Shown piece after piece: positions 61,505 to 64,000 of a stretch of 64,000 nucleotides of DNA (positions are counted from its first letter, which is position 1; every line of letters starts with the position of its first letter). The DNA lies in NCBI GenBank assembly GCA_012411765.1, contig GCA_012411765.1_3031.1. One strand, given 5' to 3'. The stretch comes from a phage. The translations under genes were made by a program, and so were the position numbers. Below the pieces are notes generated by a model. That model did not search any database, was not told where the DNA came from, and saw only the letters and a program-made list of their open reading frames with translations.

Positions 61505-61723
61505 TTAAACTCTCGTATTATGATCGATAATTTCATCAAGAAACATATCTAACGCTTCTAAAGCATTATCAACTTTAGCTTCAAATTCTTTAATACCTGA
61601 TAAGGCAAAGTTAATGCGTTCCTCATCTGCTTTACGAATTAAAGCTACCAATTCCTTAATTTTATCCGCTTGTTCGATACTAATCATTATTCCACCACAT
61701 ATGAAAGAGAGAATATTGCACAC
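61505..61723 (-). CDS. hypothetical protein (72 aa)
   Basis: ORF in array. Confidence 0.35.
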
Positions 61724-61920
61724 GCCATGTGAGTTGCAACTTCATCACACATATTATAACGTTTCTTAAGAAGTTCTACAAGTTCTTCACTAGTAACTTC
61801 ATCCATGTCGACGAAAAAATCACCATTAATGATGACGTAGATATTTCCTTCTTGATTAAGTGCTTCAATTTTCATGATGTTCTCCTCTTTATCCGATGGT
61901 TGTATAGTACCACAGCTCAA
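61687..61920 (-). CDS. hypothetical protein (77 aa)
   Basis: ORF after hairpin-promoter cassette. Confidence 0.35.
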
Positions 61921-61949
61921 ACGGAAAGTAAACCGGTAAAATGAAAAAA

Positions 61950-61965
61950 GTCTCCCGAAGGAGAC
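61950..61965 (-). terminator. hairpin GTCTCC-CGAA-GGAGAC followed by T-run and GTTTAC promoter
   Basis: Inverted repeat read directly. Confidence 0.45.
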
Positions 61966-61970
61966 TAATG

Positions 61971-62357
61971 TTATTCGAGGGAAAGAAGATACTTACTCTG
62001 GTAAAACATTCCAGTAATATCATCTATCGTGCTTTGGATGGCTGGAGGCATTTCTTTATAAATGCTGTTAGATTGGTCTAGTATGCGATCAATCATTTTA
62101 ATTGTGTCGGTAGGAAGTTTACTGGCATCTGGAATTGAAGGTGTGTATTTTCTACCAGAATACCCCAAATATTGCTCACCAAATTTATCAATCAAATCTG
62201 GCAACTCGGAGAAAATAAAATCGTATGCTTTGTGTCTAGCATAACTTTTAGTTTCAAAATGTGCAGAATGAAAATAAGCTTGTGCAGCCATTAATAAACC
62301 TAAGTATTCATCTGCCTTTGAAGGTTTTCCACTTTGTGAAAAGTCGCTGAATTTCAT
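61971..62357 (-). CDS. hypothetical protein (128 aa), immediately downstream of rI
   Basis: ORF overlapping rI stop. Confidence 0.45.
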
Positions 62358-62647
62358 TCAGTCTCCAATTTAATATTCATAATTCTAGCGTATGATTGTG
62401 CCATCTCCGCGCCTCGTTCTATACATTCAAAATCAGAAGAGCACGGGTCATTTTTATAGGTCGTTCTCATAAAACTATAGAATTGTTCAGACGATTCTAC
62501 GCTTTTATTTTCAAAAAGCATATAAACGTGCCTAATACCAGATTCCATAAATTTATCAAAATGAGGATCGACATTCGCTTCAATCGATGGAGATAAAACA
62601 AATGACAATCCTAGCATGGCAAATAGTGCCGTTGCTTTTAAGGCCAT
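62354..62647 (-). CDS. rI: RI antiholin (lysis inhibition)
   Basis: 97 aa, N-terminal signal-anchor; matches recalled T4 RI. Confidence 0.7.
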   Translation of the reverse strand: MALKATALFAMLGLSFVLSPSIEANVDPHFDKFMESGIRHVYMLFENKSVESSEQFYSFMRTTYKNDPCSSDFECIERGAEMAQSYARIMNIKLETE

Positions 62648-62659
62648 AAAGGCCTCCTA

Positions 62660-62872
62660 TCATTTTTGTCCTGTATTTACTTTATGCCGATGCACGGCCT
62701 TAACTTTATCAAGGTATTTTTCAAAATTTCGCAATCTAGTATAGTCTGCCGGAGATTGGTTGAGTGATACTTCTCGACGCAAAGCTGAAATGATATTTCC
62801 AACTTCCCTACGAATTTCATCTAATTGAAGCACAGTAAGATTGCGAAGTTGCTTTTCAGTTAATTGTAGCAT
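62660..62872 (-). CDS. hypothetical protein (70 aa)
   Basis: ORF between tk and rI. Confidence 0.4.
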
Positions 62873-62914
62873 ATATACCCCTTTAGTTAGATAAACCTAT
62901 TTATAACTTTTGCA

Positions 62915-63496
62915 CTAACCGAGCTTTTTAGTTAATTCATTCCAATGTTTTCTACACAAAGAAACATAAATTTCATCACCAATACAGATTTGATTACCTT
63001 CTTTAACTGGTGTTCCATCTTCCATTAATCGAGCTGTCATAATCGCTTTTTTACCACAATGACAAACTGCCTTTAGTTCAATAAGTTTATCTGCAATCGC
63101 TAAAAGTTCTTTAGAACCTTCAAATAATTTTCCAGCGAAATCAGTCCTTAATCCATAAGCCATAACAGGAACATTATATGTATCAACAATTCGGCTTAAT
63201 TGATGCACCTGTTCAGTTTTTAAAAACTGAGCTTCATCTACAAATACGCAATGAATATCTTTTTGTGCTTCAGCCCATTTATAGAACTCGAAAATATCCA
63301 TATCATCTGTAATAATATTCGCTTCCTGCTTAATTCCAATGCGAGAAACAACTTCACAGACAGAATCGCGAGTATCAATAGCAGGCTTAAGAACTAATAC
63401 ACTCATTCCACGTTCTTTATAATTATGTGCAGCAGTCAAAAGAGAAGCAGATTTTCCAGCATTCATTGCTGCATAAGTAAAAATTAAACTCGCCAT
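62915..63496 (-). CDS. tk: thymidine kinase
   Basis: 193 aa; P-loop MNAGKS; C-terminal zinc-binding cysteines. Confidence 0.9.
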   Translation of the reverse strand: MASLIFTYAAMNAGKSASLLTAAHNYKERGMSVLVLKPAIDTRDSVCEVVSRIGIKQEANIITDDMDIFEFYKWAEAQKDIHCVFVDEAQFLKTEQVHQLSRIVDTYNVPVMAYGLRTDFAGKLFEGSKELLAIADKLIELKAVCHCGKKAIMTARLMEDGTPVKEGNQICIGDEIYVSLCRKHWNELTKKLG

Positions 63497-63497
63497 C

Positions 63498-63686
63498 TTA
63501 GTCCTTAGTTAAATTTTCTAAATATGTTTCTAAATCATTTTCAGCTTTATCGATAGATTTTACTAATTCGTAATATGTTTCGGCATCTCCATATTCAGAA
63601 GATATTTCAAAAGACAAATCCTTTTCTAAACTAATAATTTCATCAACTAAAAATAATATTTCGTTCTTTTGTTCGCGAGTAATCAT
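63498..63686 (-). CDS. hypothetical protein (62 aa)
   Basis: ORF upstream of tk. Confidence 0.35.
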   Translation of the reverse strand: MITREQKNEILFLVDEIISLEKDLSFEISSEYGDAETYYELVKSIDKAENDLETYLENLTKD

Positions 63687-63868
63687 AAGGAATTTATATA
63701 ATCAATGAGTTCTTGTTCTTTATTATCAAATTCTTTGGAAAGTTCTTCATATTCATTTGCGCTAAAAGGACCGCATTCATTACAAACTTTTTCCAATTCA
63801 CTATTTTTATCCATAATTTCGTGGATAAGAGAAAAGAGTTTGTCTTTTTGTTCTTTGCTTAGGCTCAT
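63683..63868 (-). CDS. hypothetical protein (61 aa, CxxC)
   Basis: ORF upstream of tk. Confidence 0.35.
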   Translation of the reverse strand: MSLSKEQKDKLFSLIHEIMDKNSELEKVCNECGPFSANEYEELSKEFDNKEQELIDYINSL

Positions 63869-64000
63869 ATATTAATTTCCAGAAGTTTTAAAATAATTCG
63901 CTTTTGCTTAAATATTTCCACAGTTAAATGATCAGTATCTTTTTGACCAATTCCAATGGCAAAACCTTTATTAACAGCGAGTTCAATTAAATTATCAAGT

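Overview
The window reads as one contiguous ~64 kb block of a T4-type (T-even, Tequatrovirus-like) coliphage genome: the early and DNA-metabolism region, with essentially every gene on the minus strand. All identifications rest on reading the six-frame translations against recalled T4 proteins, lengths and gene order; no database search was run. Gene order from low to high coordinate is 52, ac, stp, ndd, denB, rIIB, rIIA (the conventional T4 map origin lies near 5470), 39, goF, cef, motB, dexA, dda, srd, modA, modB, soc, 56, dam, 61, sp, dmd, 41, 40, uvsX, a glycosyltransferase, 42, imm, 43, regA, 62, 44, 45, rpbA, 46, 47, agt, 55, nrdH-like, nrdG, nrdD, 49, pin, nrdC, a variable block of about 11 kb, rI and tk. 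Three differences from T4 proper point to a T2/T6-like relative: gene 39 is one continuous 606-aa ORF (no gene 60 split), nrdD is an uninterrupted 605-aa ORF (no intron), and a 282-aa DxD glycosyltransferase sits where T4 has beta-glucosyltransferase. No tRNA, rRNA, CRISPR array, integrase, transposase or homing endonuclease gene was recognised. Regulatory structure is dense: early promoters (GTTTAC -35, TATAAT-like -10), at least one middle promoter, a repeated promoter-leader cassette, and a family of GC hairpins with CGAA/UUCG loops at gene ends. The best candidates for undescribed biology are (1) a nucleotidyltransferase-fold protein next to a P-loop ATPase in the nrdC-rI variable block, (2) a putative PD-(D/E)xK nuclease translationally coupled to dam, with a convergent plus-strand membrane micro-ORF, and (3) a tandem array of four paralogous coiled-coil-tailed proteins. 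None can be confirmed as novel from sequence alone.
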